Made by a program: the position numbers and the translations under genes. From contig NC_057718.1 of assembly GCF_004010195.1 (NCBI RefSeq), forward strand, positions 73,779,931 to 73,843,930: a stretch of 64,000 nucleotides of DNA, written 5' to 3'. Below, piece after piece: positions 51,317-63,399 of this stretch. Within the stretch, counting starts at the first letter, position 1. Every line of letters starts with the position of its first letter. The notes under the pieces were generated by a model. The model did no database searches. It was not told the DNA's origin and saw only the letters and a list, made by a program, of their open reading frames with translations. The DNA is from Chiloscyllium plagiosum (lineage: Eukaryota).

Positions 51317-52409
51317 TGGAATCAAACATCCTTCTAAAGGGCTGCAAAAGCAGCCAGGTATATGAATCATTGCAACAGTACCCTTGGGAGCCCTAACTTG
51401 AGACCAACAACCGTAAAGGGGAGATGACCCTGGGACCACTAGAAGAAGAAGAAGACCAGATGATCATTGCCATGTGGATCAAAGCCAAGATCTAGTGTGG
51501 TGGCATATGATCAAAGTTAAGTTAAAGTATAAGACATTTAATTAGATTTATATGGTTAATTGTTAGTGTGTAGTATATTATTTATTATAGTATTAATTGT
51601 GTTGAAAAAGATAAAGATAATTTGTTATTACTGTTAAGAGTCTACTTGCAATTCTTTGCTGAATAATAGGGTCAAAACACACTGTGTGGCAGGTGCAATG
51701 TGTTCCAATAAATACAAATCCTATTTCTGTAACAAAATAATAAAATTACAGCTAGGTTAGGTGTTTTCCAGAAGTCGGTGCCTTCTACACTGATTCTTCT
51801 GACAGGAGTTTAGAGGTGTGCCCCAGCACTGTGGTGAATAGATGGTGCTTTCTCTAACAGCTGAGACCTCTCCCCTGATTTTCCAAATGCCTCCATCTTT
51901 TATACCCTTAATAACATAGCAATTTCTTAAAATAGGATTGGTCCTAGGTTGTCAAAACCATCAGATTTAAATTTAATTGGTTTTTGGTAGCTAATGGCCT
52001 GATTTAAATTGATTGGCTAAATTTAAAATCTGTTGTCTTGGTAATAATGCTGTTTTGCCTGCTAGCCTTTTGATACAAATGTTTCAATTCAGGTGCTCCA
52101 TGCACCTGAAAACTCAAGCTGCTCCCAGACATCCATTTTAATCTCCAAGCACAGAAAAAACACCATCTTTTAAAGAAACCTGTATTCTGTCCAGTACCTT
52201 TTTGAGTGTCTCCACCAGTCCTGCTGTAAATTCACCCTGGAGTAGCTATCCCAGTCCATTTTGGTGAAATCCTGCCTTATTTATTCATTTATGGGAGTTT
52301 CTGGATGGCCAGCATTTATTGCCCATTCCTAGTTGCCCTTGAGAGGTTGGTGGTGAACTACCTTTTTGAAATGCTGCAGTCCACCTGCTATGGGTTGACC
52401 CACAATGTA

Positions 52410-52800
52410 ATCTTAGATAACCTTCTTCACTGCCATGATACCACCAATTTTGTTACCATTGACAAATGTATGAACCATGCTTCCCATATTCTCATTCAAA
52501 TCATTTATATAAATGACAACAAAAGTGGAACAGTACTGATCCCTGTGGAACAGGGCTTCCAGTCTGAAAAACCCTCCACCACCACCCTCTGTCTCTGACC
52601 ATAAAGCCAAATTTGTATCCAATTCGCAAGTTCAATGTGAATCCCACGTGATCTAACTTTACTAATTAGTCTACCATGTAGAACCTTATCAAAGGCTTTA
52701 TCTGAAGTTCAAGTTAACAAAGGCCACCAATCAGCACTTATCAACCTTTTTGGTTACTTCCTCAAAAATTCAATCAGGTTTTTGAGATATTACTTATCAT
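52410..52800 (-). mobile_element. CR1 RT fragment
   Basis: FVVIYINDL frame. Confidence 0.75.
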
Positions 52801-52919
52801 GCTTACTAATGAGCTGATTTTGCATTTCTGTAGCCAAATTTCAGTTCTATTTGAGTTCACAGAAGGTTTCTCCACAAGAAACGATAGACCTGTGAGTCTG
52901 ACTTCACTTGTGGGCAAAT

Positions 52920-53570
52920 TAGAGTCATAGAGAAGTACAGCAAGGAAACAGACCCTTCAGTCCAACTCGTCCATGCCGACCAGATATCCCAACCTAATCT
53001 AGTCCCATTTGCCAACACATGGCCTATATCCCTCTAAACCCTTCCAATTCATATACCCATCTAGATGCCTTTTAAATGCTGTAATTGTACCAGTCTCCAC
53101 CACTTCCACTGGCAGCTCATTCTATACATGTACAACTGTCTGTATGAAAAGGTTATCCCTTGGGTCCCCTTTATATTTTTTCCCTCTCACCCTAAACCTA
53201 TGCCCTCTAGATCTGGATTCCCCCACCCCAGGGAAAAGACCTTGTCTATTTACCCTATCCCTGCCCCTCATGATTTTATAAACCTCTAAAAGGTCACTAC
53301 TCAGCTTCTGACGCTCCAGGGAAAACAGCCATGGCCTATTCAGCCTCTCCCTATGGCTCAAATCCTCAAACCCCAGCAACATCCTTGTAAATCTTTTCTG
53401 AACCCTTTCGAGTTTCACAACATGCTTCTGATAAGAAGGAGACCAGAATTGCATGCAATATTCCAAAAGTGGCCTGACCAATGTTCTGACCTCCCAACTC
53501 CTTTACTCAATGCTCTGACCAATAAAGGAAAGCATACCAAACACCTTTTTCACTAACCTATCTACCTGTC
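52920..53570 (-). mobile_element. CR1 3' fragment
   Basis: VRPLLEYCMQFWSP frame and tail. Confidence 0.88.
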
Positions 53571-54570
53571 CACACTGTCATTGCTGTTATATGTGGCACA
53601 GGTCTGGCCTATTCCCAGAACCTGTGCCACTGCAGTCACCCGGGCCATCTTCCAATTTATATGGAGGTCAAAGATGGACCGGGTCCAGGCCGGTCATTCT
53701 GGCCGGAGACTTCAACTGTATCATCGATGCAGATGGACAATCCGGCGAGGGGGACAGGTTTATGAAGAAAAACACCTTTGACCACAAGTCCATCAGGAAG
53801 TGGTCAGCACGTAGTGTCCTTGAGACCCTTCGGGAAAAGGAGAGGGCAGATCCTATCGAGCGGACTGTCAAAGCCATTTGGCAGAATGCCTCATCGCCAG
53901 AACTTTCCAACAAGCACCAAGACATGGCTTGGCTGGTGGTGAGAAGGTCTCTGCCTGTGAGATCCTTTATGCACGCCCAGACTCTCAGCCGCACCGCACT
54001 CTGCCCTCGAAGCGGCTGTGGGGGGGACGAGACTGTCACACACCTCCTTCTGGAATGTGCCTATGCAAAGGAAGTCTGGAGAGGAATGCAGTGGTGTTTG
54101 TTGAGGTTCGTCCTGGTCTACGATCTGTTCCCTGGGACGCACACTGAGACGAACATCAACTGTGCCTGGAGGATCATCAACTTGATGAAGGACGCTTTCT
54201 GGGTGGTCCGAAACCGTTGATCTTCCAGCTGAAGGAGTTGACCCCGACTGAGTGTTGCAGACTGGCACATTCCAAGGTCCAGGACTACGTGTTGAGGGAC
54301 GCGCTGAAGCTTGGGGCAGCTGCCGCCAAGGCGCGGTGGGGAAAGACCACCGTGTAACGTCTGCCTGCCTAAGCACAGGGGGCCTACGCAGTAAAGGGGC
54401 TCTGCTGGCCCCCCAGCTAAATATGTGGATAGTAATTGTACAGACCTGTATATATGAATGATTACTCTGTCTCTGTATGCAAAGAAATGGAATGTTTACG
54501 TATGTGTGGCATGACCAATTGTACAGATCATCAAAATATTTTATGAATAAAGTATATTTTTGAAATAAAA
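53571..54570 (+). mobile_element. Tx1-like non-LTR retrotransposon 3' fragment, rearranged
   Basis: AIFQFIWRSKMDRV; zinc motif CPRSGCGGDETVTHLLLEC; ends aataaagtatatttttgaaataaaa. Confidence 0.85.
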
Positions 54571-55255
54571 GAGACCTCGGAATGTGGGTTCATAGTTCCT
54601 TGAAAGTGGAGTCGCAGGTACACAGGATGGTGAAGAAGGCATTTGACATGCTTTCCTTTATTGGACCAAGCACTGAGTATAGGGGTTAGGTCACACTGCG
54701 GCTGTACAGGACATGGGTAAGGCCACTTTTGGAATACTGTATACAATTCTGGTCTCCCTCTTATTGGAAAGATGTTGTGAAACTTGAAAGGGTTCAGAAA
54801 AAGGTTACAAGGATGTTGCCAGGGTTGGAGGATTTAAGCTATAGTGAGAGGTTGAATAGACTAGGGCTGTTTTCCCAACAGCATTACAGGCTGAGGGGTG
54901 ACCTTATAGCAGTTCATAAAATTGTGAGAGGCGTGGATGGGGTAAATAGACAAGGTCTTTCCCTTGGGTTGGGGGAGTCCCATACTAAGGGGGCAATAAT
55001 TTAGGATGAGAAAGGGAAAAATTTAGAAGAGACCTAAGGGTCAACTTTTTTATGCAGAGGGTGGTGCCTATATGGAATGAGCTGGCGGAGGCTGGTACAG
55101 TTATAGCATTTAAAAGGCACCTAGATGATTATATGAATAGGAAAGATTTAGATGGATACGGACCAAGTGCTGACAAATGGGACTAGATTAGGTTAGGATA
55201 TCTGGGCGGCATGGACGTGTTGGACTGAAGGGTCTGTTTCGGTGCTATACAGACT
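54571..55255 (+). mobile_element. CR1 3' fragment
   Basis: EYCIQFWSPSYWKDVVKLERVQK. Confidence 0.88.
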
Positions 55256-56991
55256 GTCATAGTCATAGAGGTGTACAGCATGGAAACAGACCCTTCGGTC
55301 CAACCCTATCATGCCGACCAGATATTCTAAGCCAATCTAGTCCCACCTGCCAGCACCCGGCTCATGTTCCTCCAAACCCTTCCTATTCGTATATCCATCC
55401 AGATGCCTTTTAAATGTTGCAATTTTACTAGCCTCCACCACTTCCTCTGGCAGCCCATTCCACAGATGTACCATCCTCGGTGTGGAAAAACTTGTCCCTT
55501 AGGTCTCTTTCCCCTATCACCCTAAACCTATGCCCTCTGGTTCTGGACTCCCTCACCCCAGGGAAAAGACTTTGTCTATTTATCCAATCGTACCCCTCAG
55601 CCTCCAACACTGCAGGGAAAACAGCCCCAGCCTGTTCAACCTTTCCCTATAGCTCAAATACTCCAAAACTTAGCAACATCCTTGTCAATCATTTCTGAAC
55701 CCTTTCAAGTCTCACAACATTCTTCCGATAGAAAGGAGACCAGAATTGCACGCAATATTCCAACAGTGGCTAAACCAATGTCCTGTACAGCTACAATATG
55801 ACTTAATACTCTGACCAATAAAGGAAAGCATAGCGAACGCGGCCTTCACTATCCTATCCACCTGCGACTCTACTTCCAAGGAACTATGAACCTGCACTCC
55901 AACGTCTCTTTATTCAGCAACACTTCCGAGGACCTACCCAATAAATGTGTAAGTCCTGCTGAGATTTGATTTCCCAAAATGCAGCACCTCACATTTATCT
56001 AAATTAAACTCCATCTGCCACTTCTCAGCCCATTGGTCCAACTGATCAAAATCCCATTGTAATCTGAGGTAACCTTCTTTTCTGTCCACTACACCTCCAA
56101 TTTTGGTGTCATCTGCAAACTTACTAACTATACCTCTTATGCTCACATCCAAATAATTTATATAAATGATGAAACGTAGTGGACCCAGCACTAATCCTTG
56201 TGGCACTCCACTGGTCACAGGCATCCAGTCCGAAAAACAACCCTCCACCACCCTCTGTCTTCTACCTTTTGAGCCAGTTCTGTGTCCAAATGGCTAATTC
56301 TCACTGTATTCCATGAGATCTAACCTTGCTAATCAGTCTCCCATGGGGACCCTTGTCGAATGCCTTACTGAAATTCATATAGATCACATCTACCAGTCTG
56401 CCCTCATCAATCCTCTTTGTTACTTCAAAAAACTCCACAGTAAATACTGATGCAAAATACTCATTTAGTATCTCCCCCATTTTCTGTGGCTCCACACAAA
56501 GACCACCTTGCTGATCTTTGAGGGGCCCTATTCTCTCCCTAGTTACCCTTTTGTCCTTGATGTATTTGTTAAAAACCCTTTGGATTCTCCTTAACCCTAT
56601 TTGCACAAGCTATCTTATGAGCCTTTTTAGTCTTCCTGATTTCCCTCTTAAGTATACTCCTGCTGCATTTATACTCTTCTAAGGATTCACTCAATCTATC
56701 CTGTCCAAACCTGACATTTGCTTCCTTCTTTTTCTTGACCAACCCCTTAATTTCTTTAGTCATCCAGCATTCCCTATACCTACCAGCCTTTCCTTTCACT
56801 CTAACAGGAATATACTTTCTCTGGATTCTCGTTATCTCATTTCTGAAGGCTTCCCATTTTCCAGACATCCCTTTACCTGCGAACATCTGCCTCCAATCAG
56901 CTTTTGAAAGTTCTTGCCTAATGCCATCAAAATTGGCCTTTCTCCAATTTAGAACTTCAACTTTGAGATCTGGTCTGACCTTTTCCTTCAC
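55256..56991 (-). mobile_element. CR1 ORF2 fragment with internal deletion
   Basis: TSGVPQG...KFADDTK, VEVLNWRKANF; deletion junction SVFTVE/FFEVTK. Confidence 0.9.
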
Positions 56992-57029
56992 TATGACTCT
57001 CTGACTATGATCTGTGTAAGAAATACTGA

Positions 57030-57590
57030 TATGTCATCAAGGGTATAAAAGAAGGGAGCAGTTGGACAAAAACCCCAGAGCAAGCTGCCATCCTTCAGAG
57101 CTAACAGCCCTTAGCTCTTGAGAGAGAATTGGTGGCTCTTACAGCCTCATCTATGTTATTTAGATGTTGCTTTCTCTAATACAATGGGACCAACAATGAA
57201 GGAGGCATTCCTGACAGAAGAATGAATGGCGAAGGCACAGAACATTCCAGAAGACACAAACCTGGCTGTGATTTTGAGATGAAATTCTGGTATTTTGTTA
57301 TATAATTGGGGCTTTTATTTATTGGAACAATATACCATTAGAATCTTGTTTTATTCGGGAATAGCTGGTAGTTGATGTGTTAATAGTTTAGTTAATTTGT
57401 TTACTGTCAGAGTTAGATAAATGAATTGTAACTTATTGATTTTAAAGTGAGTGTCAGGAATTTATTTTATTTAACCACAAGAAATTGCTGAAAAGCAGAC
57501 TACACCACTTTCCACACCGTTTTACAGAGATGCTCCTCTTTGGGTGTTTTGGTTTTAGTTCTCAGGACGGTCAATCTCCACTTTATAACC
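57030..57590 (+). mobile_element. Partial Gmr1-type LTR
   Basis: Similar to the reverse complement of 25423-25920. Confidence 0.6.
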
Positions 57591-57639
57591 GTGCACATAT
57601 TGTCTTTAAAAGGCCATTATGTTCCAGACAAACACTGGA

Positions 57640-58260
57640 ATTCCAAAGCTGCTGTGCTCATTGACAGTTGTTCTAAAGACATCAGAGAAACTTAAATGGT
57701 GCCTTAATTCTTTGATAGCTATCTGGTGGATGTGGTACAGAGGATGGTCATCCTCCTCCCAGAGACTGGCACAGATAGCCATGACACCACACCCTGCCAG
57801 ACTGGTCTGAGGTAGCCAGTCAGTCTATGGTCTGGAGGAATGGCCAGCAATGCTGCAAGAAAGTCAGTAATCTCTGTCAGGGTAAGTGGCCCACTCTCTC
57901 TGCTTATGCTCGGACACACTCACATGCAATATCTTCTCTCTCGCTCTCATTCCCACTCCCACACTAACACCGACCCTGCATGCCCTCAGCACTGTCTGCT
58001 CAAGATAAACACTTCACGACTTTTTGACCACCTGCACGAGTACTAACAGCCAGGCCAACCATTTGCATCTCTCTTGATTCCTCTATTTCTTCTATTACAG
58101 GAAAAAACAGCCCATAACTAGGCAGAAAAGACAAGGATGGGTGGAGGGGGTTTCTGACATTCGGCTTCTCATCTGCTATGAATAGAGAATCCTTTCCTGC
58201 ATGAGAAACATTCCTACTGAGCATGCTGAAACATCTGTGCCCCACAACCTTAGAATGGTT
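57640..58260 (+). mobile_element. PIF/Harbinger-type Myb/SANT gene remnant with an intron
   Basis: WSEVAS...RNGQQCCKKVSNL, GT-AG intron 57882-58100, then EKTAHN-stop-AEKTRMGGG. Confidence 0.6.
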
Positions 58261-58324
58261 CCTCTGCAACTCTTGTTTGTTTCATTTGTTACACACCACT
58301 TCTAACCACTTGCTCTGATGTCTT

Positions 58325-59110
58325 TGTTATGAAGTCAGAGGAGTGTATGTTCACTTTAAGATAGTATTTTCTGAATTTTTAACATAAATTTAAAGTACAG
58401 CTGCAGCTGCTAGAACAGAACAGTGAAGCGACAGGTTGTCCCAAAATGGATACATGTAGCAAATGGCTGTTAAATGGCTATCTGAGTTTTGGTTGCTGTT
58501 TTGACGACAATTCAAATTTAACCAATTAATTTAAATTATGTCCAGGACGCTAAAACCCAACTGAGTTTGAATTTATTGTATTGACAACAACGGCAAAGTA
58601 ACGATGTTGGGGTATACGACATTTTGAAAACTGGTCAGAGCATCTGCCATATAGAGCTGAAGAGCAAATGCCATCCGATATCTTGCTCTCAAAAAAATTT
58701 CAGAAGACAGTATCGATCAAAAAGGTACCTTTTTCTGTAAAACGTAAGAAGACAACCTAGAGAGAAGACAGCAGAATTGGAAGACCAGAAGGAAGACAGT
58801 ATAAGAAGCTCTTTGGACTTTGAGAAATTAAGTTAATGTAATATTTAATAATTTGTTATTGGAGCAACATATTAATAGAATTGTGTTCAGCTAAAGGGTA
58901 GTGGTTAGTTGGGGGAAAGAGTGCTCAGTTTGTTAATAGTTTTGGTTAGTATTCCCAGTTAGGGTTAAATAAATAAATTGTTACTTTTTATTTCAGGGAA
59001 ATCAGGGATCTTCTTTATTTCACACATTCTTAACAGATTTTGAGGCAAGATGAGCTTTTCTAGGTGTTTGGTTTTAATTAGCAGAGAGATTTGTCCTCTG
59101 AGTCGTAACC
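58325..59110 (+). mobile_element. Solo LTR, Gmr1-type
   Basis: tgttatg...gtcgtaac ends; AATAAA at about 58967; 3' part similar to 12191-12314; approximate TSD tctt/cctt. Confidence 0.75.
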
Positions 59111-59209
59111 CCTTTTATGTCTGCAGCTTCCAGCAGGATGGTTGTGGCCTCAAATAGAGAAATGGCTGGCTCTGCCAGAAGGGACTTTCCTGGACATCTG
59201 AGGAAGACT

Positions 59210-59540
59210 TTTGATTTGATTTACTATTGTCACTTGAACCAATATACAGTGAAAAGTATTGTTTTGCATGCTAACCAGACAAATCATATCTTATATACGT
59301 CCAACAGGCTAATAGAATAGAATGCGGAGTATGGTGTTACAGCTACAGAGAAGGTGTGGAGAAAGAGCAACTCTAATAAATGAAAAGTTTGATAACAACA
59401 GGAATGAAGTTGTTCTTGAATCTCTTGGTATCTTCTGCCCGATGGAAGAGGGTGGAAGAGAGTAAAACTATGGTGGGAGGGATTTTTGAATATGTTGGCT
59501 GCTTTCAGAGGTAGCCAGAAGTGTAGACTTGTCAATAGAA
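59210..59540 (-). mobile_element. Rex1/Babar-like LINE 3' end
   Basis: NPSHHSFTLFHPLPSGRRY motif; (tttga)n tail. Confidence 0.65.
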
Positions 59541-59691
59541 GGAACATCAGCAAAGCCTGCTGCATCCATGCATGCCTAATTATCTCTGAAACTGACACCT
59601 CTGTGGAAACATCAACAGTAGAACATTTGTGAGCACAAGCTGGTGAGCACTTCACTGCAAGTGCTCTTCAGCTAGCTATTGAAGAAACACA

Positions 59692-59824
59692 GGGGAAAGT
59701 GAGGACTGCAGATGCTGGAGATCAGAGCTGAAAATGTGTTGCTGGAAAAGCGCAGCAGGTCAGGCAGCATCCAAGGAGCAGGAGAATCGACGTTTCGGGC
59801 ATGAGCCCTTCTTCATGAAGAAGA
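59692..59824 (-). mobile_element. Short Penelope pLTR-like insertion with hammerhead core
   Basis: Same family as 44641; 14-bp TSD attgaagaaacaca; ends in a 16-bp fold-back cttcttcatgaagaag. Confidence 0.85.
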
Positions 59825-59859
59825 ATTGAAGAAACACACTCAGGCTGACACACTACTGG

Positions 59860-60302
59860 GTTTGCAGATGACACCAAAATTGGAGGTGTAGTGGACAGTG
59901 AAGAAGTTTACTCAGAGTACAACGGTATCTTGATCAAATGAGCCAATGGGCTGAGGAGTGGCAGAGCTGGAAATGTGTTGCTGGAAAAGCGCAGCAGGTC
60001 AGGCAGCATCCAGGGAACAGGAGAATCGACATTTCGGGCATAAGCCCTTCTTATGCCCGAAACGTCGATTCTCCTGTTCCCTGGATGCTGCCTGACCTGC
60101 TGCGCTTTTCCAGCAACACATTTCCAGCTCTGATCTCCAGCATCTGCAGACCTCACTTTCTCCTGAGGAGTGGCAGATGCAATTTAGATAAATATAAGGT
60201 GCTACATTTTGGAAAGACAAGTCAGAGCAGGACTTATACACTTAAGTTTTAGGTCCTGGGGAATGTTGCTAAACAAAGAGACTTTGGAGTGCAGGTTCAT
60301 AG
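59860..60302 (+). mobile_element. CR1 RT fragment
   Basis: FADDTKIGGVVDSEE remnant; interrupted at 59966-60162. Confidence 0.8.
59966..60162. mobile_element. Palindromic Penelope pLTR-like insertion, ribozyme core truncated
   Basis: 83-bp arms 59962-60044 and 60050-60132 with one mismatch; TSD ctgaggagtggcaga (59951-59965 and 60163-60177). Confidence 0.88.
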
Positions 60303-60890
60303 TGTTATGAAGATGTGGGTGTACTGTAACTTTAAGAGAGTTAAAAGCTAGCAGAACTACCTGATCGGAACCAAGTGCTCTAAACAAGATATAATGTAGC
60401 CTTTTGGTCGAACAGTTGGATTAGCTGGGTTGCCTGGAGACACCAAAACAAATTCGAATTTGGCCGATCAGTTTCAATTATATCCCAAAATACCAACCTC
60501 CAATCAAGTTTGAATTTAGTCTATTGACAATATTAAAAGCCAATGACACTATCCAATGCTTTGTGGTTTAAGACCAGGAAAAATTGAACAGTTGAGGTAG
60601 AATTGCCAAAAGACCAACAAGATGTAGGCTGCTAGTCAGAACTCTCTGAGAGGTACCTGTCTAGAGAAGGAGTTTGCACAGAGAAAAACATCAACACCGA
60701 ATTGGAGATCAAATCTACAGAGGAAGATAAAGAGAAGATTTGACCGCTGGCTGGTTTTGAAATTTCAGTTTTTCAGTAAATCTTACTCGGGAGTATTATC
60801 GGTCTAGAATTATAGAAGGAAAAGTAAAAGATAGGTTAGAGGAAGGAGTTGTAAATAGTTGTTAGTTAATTATTCTCTGTTTTACTCCAA
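60303..60890 (+). mobile_element. Partial Gmr1-type LTR
   Basis: Starts tgttatgaag like 58325 and shares internal blocks (gtttgaattta...attgacaa). Confidence 0.7.
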
Positions 60891-61477
60891 GTACAGCTGC
60901 ACTAGAGTTTTGTCACTGTTTATATTTTGCCAAAGGCATGAGATACCTTGCTAATATTGCAGTTCCTGCACACCTAGTCTGCTTTTGTAACTCTTTGATT
61001 CCCATTTGCTTACACTGTTACTGACAATACGATTGAAATTTTAACCGTTAACCAGCTACAACTCCTTTGAATGGGAAAAGAGCACAGAAAAGGAGACAGA
61101 GGCATACAATGTTTTTTTTGTGCACAGACTATGAGACCCACTAAACAGGTTTACCATCCGAGACTTCCTGCATGGATCAAAACAGCTGTATTCCTGTAGA
61201 CAGTGCCTCTCCAGAGATGCTAGTATTGAACAGCGAGTTACGATGAAGGTTAAATTGAGCCCTATGGAAGTGGCGAATGCCTAATGCCAATCGGTGTTAA
61301 CAATGAATGTGGCACTGAATTTTTGCATATCAGGTTAATTCCAAGGATCTTCTGGAGATGTCTCTAATAACTCAACAGTCTGTGGATCTTCATAACAGGA
61401 CGACAGCCTGTGGCTCTTCATAACAGGAATACTGTCTTTAAAGAACCGACCAATATTTGTGCTTTGGCACCAATTCA

Positions 61478-62730
61478 GTCATAGAGATATACAGCACAAA
61501 ACAGTCCTTTCAGTCCAATTCGTCCATGCTGACCAGATATCCTGAATAAATCTAGTTCCATTTGCCAGCATTTGGCCCATATCCCTCCAAACCCTTTCTG
61601 TTCATAGATCCATCCAAGTGCCTTTTACATGTTGTAATTGTACCACTTCCTCTGGCACTTCATTCCACACATGCACCACCCTTTGTGTGAACCATTTGGC
61701 CCGTAGATTCTGTTAAAATCTTTCCCCTCTCACCTTAAACCCTCTAGTTTTGGACTCTCCCACCCCAGACAAAATACCTTGTCTATTTGCCCTATCCCTT
61801 TATACAATCCCTACAATGTGGAAACAGGTCCCTCAGCCCAACAAATCCACACCTGCACTCTGAAGTGTAACCCACCCAGACCCATTCCCCACCCTTTATA
61901 CAATCCCTACAATGTGGGAACAGGTCCCTCAGCCCAACAAATCCACACCTGCACTCTGAAATGTAACCCACCCAGACCCATTCCCCACCTTATATTTACC
62001 CCTGTCTAATGCACCTAATCCCTGAACACCATGGGCAATTTAGCACAACCAATTCACCTAACCTGCACATCTTTGGACTGTGGGACGAAACTGTGGCACC
62101 CAGAGGAAACCCACACAGACATAGGGCGAATGTGCAAACTCCACACAGACAATTGCCCGAGGCAGCAGTGTTAACCACTGAGCCACCCTGCTGCCCTTCT
62201 ACCCCTCCATGCCCCTCATTATTTTATAAGCCACTATAATGTCACCCCTTAGTCTCTGACGCACCAGGAAAATAGCCCAAGCCTATTCAGCCTCTCTGTA
62301 TAACTCAAGCCCTCCAAACCTTGACAACATCCTTTCAAGTCTCACAGCATCCTTCCTATAGGAGGGATACCAGAAGTGCATGCAGTTTTCCAGTAATGGC
62401 CAAACCAATGTCCTGTAAAGCTGCAACATGACTTCCCAACTAATATTCAATGATCTAACCAGTAGACAAGCATACTGAATGCCTTCATAACTATCCTATC
62501 TACCTGTGACCCCACTTAGAAGGAATTACGAACCTCTACTCTAATATCCTTTTATTCAGCAACACTCCCCCAGACCTTACCATTAAGTGTATTAGTCCTG
62601 CCTTGATTTACCTTTCCAAATGCAGCAACTCACATTTATCGAAATTAAACTCCATCTACCAATTGGCCCATTGGTCCATGTGATCAAGATCTCGTTGTAC
62701 TCTGAGGTAATCTTTTTTGCTGTCCATGCA
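61478..62730 (-). mobile_element. CR1 3' fragment carrying a SINE
   Basis: Colinear with 55256-56100. Confidence 0.85.
61800..62195 (-). mobile_element. HE1-like SINE with a 96-bp tandem duplication of its tail
   Basis: Units 61796-61891 and 61892-61987 are nearly identical. Confidence 0.85.
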
Positions 62731-62804
62731 CCAACAGTCAGTTAGGCTGCAAGCTCCAAAGCCTTCAGTAGACCACCACAGATGCAGGGTGTTTTTTTTT
62801 CCTT

Positions 62805-63390
62805 TTTATTCACTTGAGGGATGTAAGTGTTGCTGACTGGACCAGCATTTATTGCCTGTACCTAATTGCCTGAGAAGGTGGTAGTAAGGTGCTGTTTGGA
62901 ACCACTGCAGGCCAAGTGCTCTAGGTTGATACCACAATGCTGTTATGGAGGGAATTCCAGTGACACTGCAGGAACAATGATATAGTACCAAGTCACGATT
63001 GTGAGTGACTTGGTGAGCAACTTGCAGGTGGTCGTGTTCCTAAGTATCTGCTGCCCTTGTCTTTCTAGATGGAAGTTGCCATCGATTTGGGAGGTGCTAA
63101 GTATTTTTTGCAAACTTCTACAGTTTATCTTGTCAGTAGTACACTACTGCTGTTAAGTTTTGGGGTGGTGGAGGAACGTGAGAGCGTGTTTGTGAATATG
63201 ATGCCATTCAAGCCGCTTCCTTTGTCCCAGATGGTGTTGAGTTTTTTGTGTTGTTGGAGCTGCACCCTCCAGGCAAGTGGAAAGTATTCCATCACATTTG
63301 ACGTATGCCTTGTAGGTGATGGTGCTTTGGGAGTCAGATGAATTGTTTGTGGTAGTATTCCTAGGCTCTGACCTGCTCTTGTAGCCACTG
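62805..63390 (-). mobile_element. L2/CR1-group LINE 3' fragment
   Basis: TITYKAYV...MEYFPLAW remnant; tail shared with 52280-52410. Confidence 0.65.
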
Positions 63391-63399
63391 TACAGATTC

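Larger units (their letters stand above)
30914..51700 (+). mobile_element. Decayed endogenous retrovirus, lokiretrovirus-like (LTR-gag-pol-env-LTR)
   Basis: LTRs 30914-31639 and 50786-51700; PBS 31643; PPT aggaggagggac 50774-50785; TSD tatt/tgtt. Gag from 32046; protease PVKLLWDT at about 33900; RT [26 protein letters not shown]; second RNase H (INVDGS...NHRADELAKQGA); integrase 43330-44310; env about 47500-50330. Provirus call is firm, loki subclass is inference. Confidence 0.85.
25423..52190 (-). mobile_element. Gmr1-type Gypsy element whose 5' LTR is split by a provirus
   Basis: 3' LTR 25423-26219; RT (SAFVTSNGPYQFNVM), integrase (PEIQSD...YHPES), protease (PGIQIIFGND) and gag (DAEAFFISFEK) in IN-before-RT order; 5' LTR pieces at about 30676-30913 and 51705-52190 align to the 3' LTR. 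Confidence 0.85.

Noticed and set aside
61376..61428. Two roughly 25-bp direct repeats (ctgtgg.tcttcataacagga)
   Set aside because: Simple tandem duplication with no spacers; not CRISPR-like, and the context is eukaryotic.
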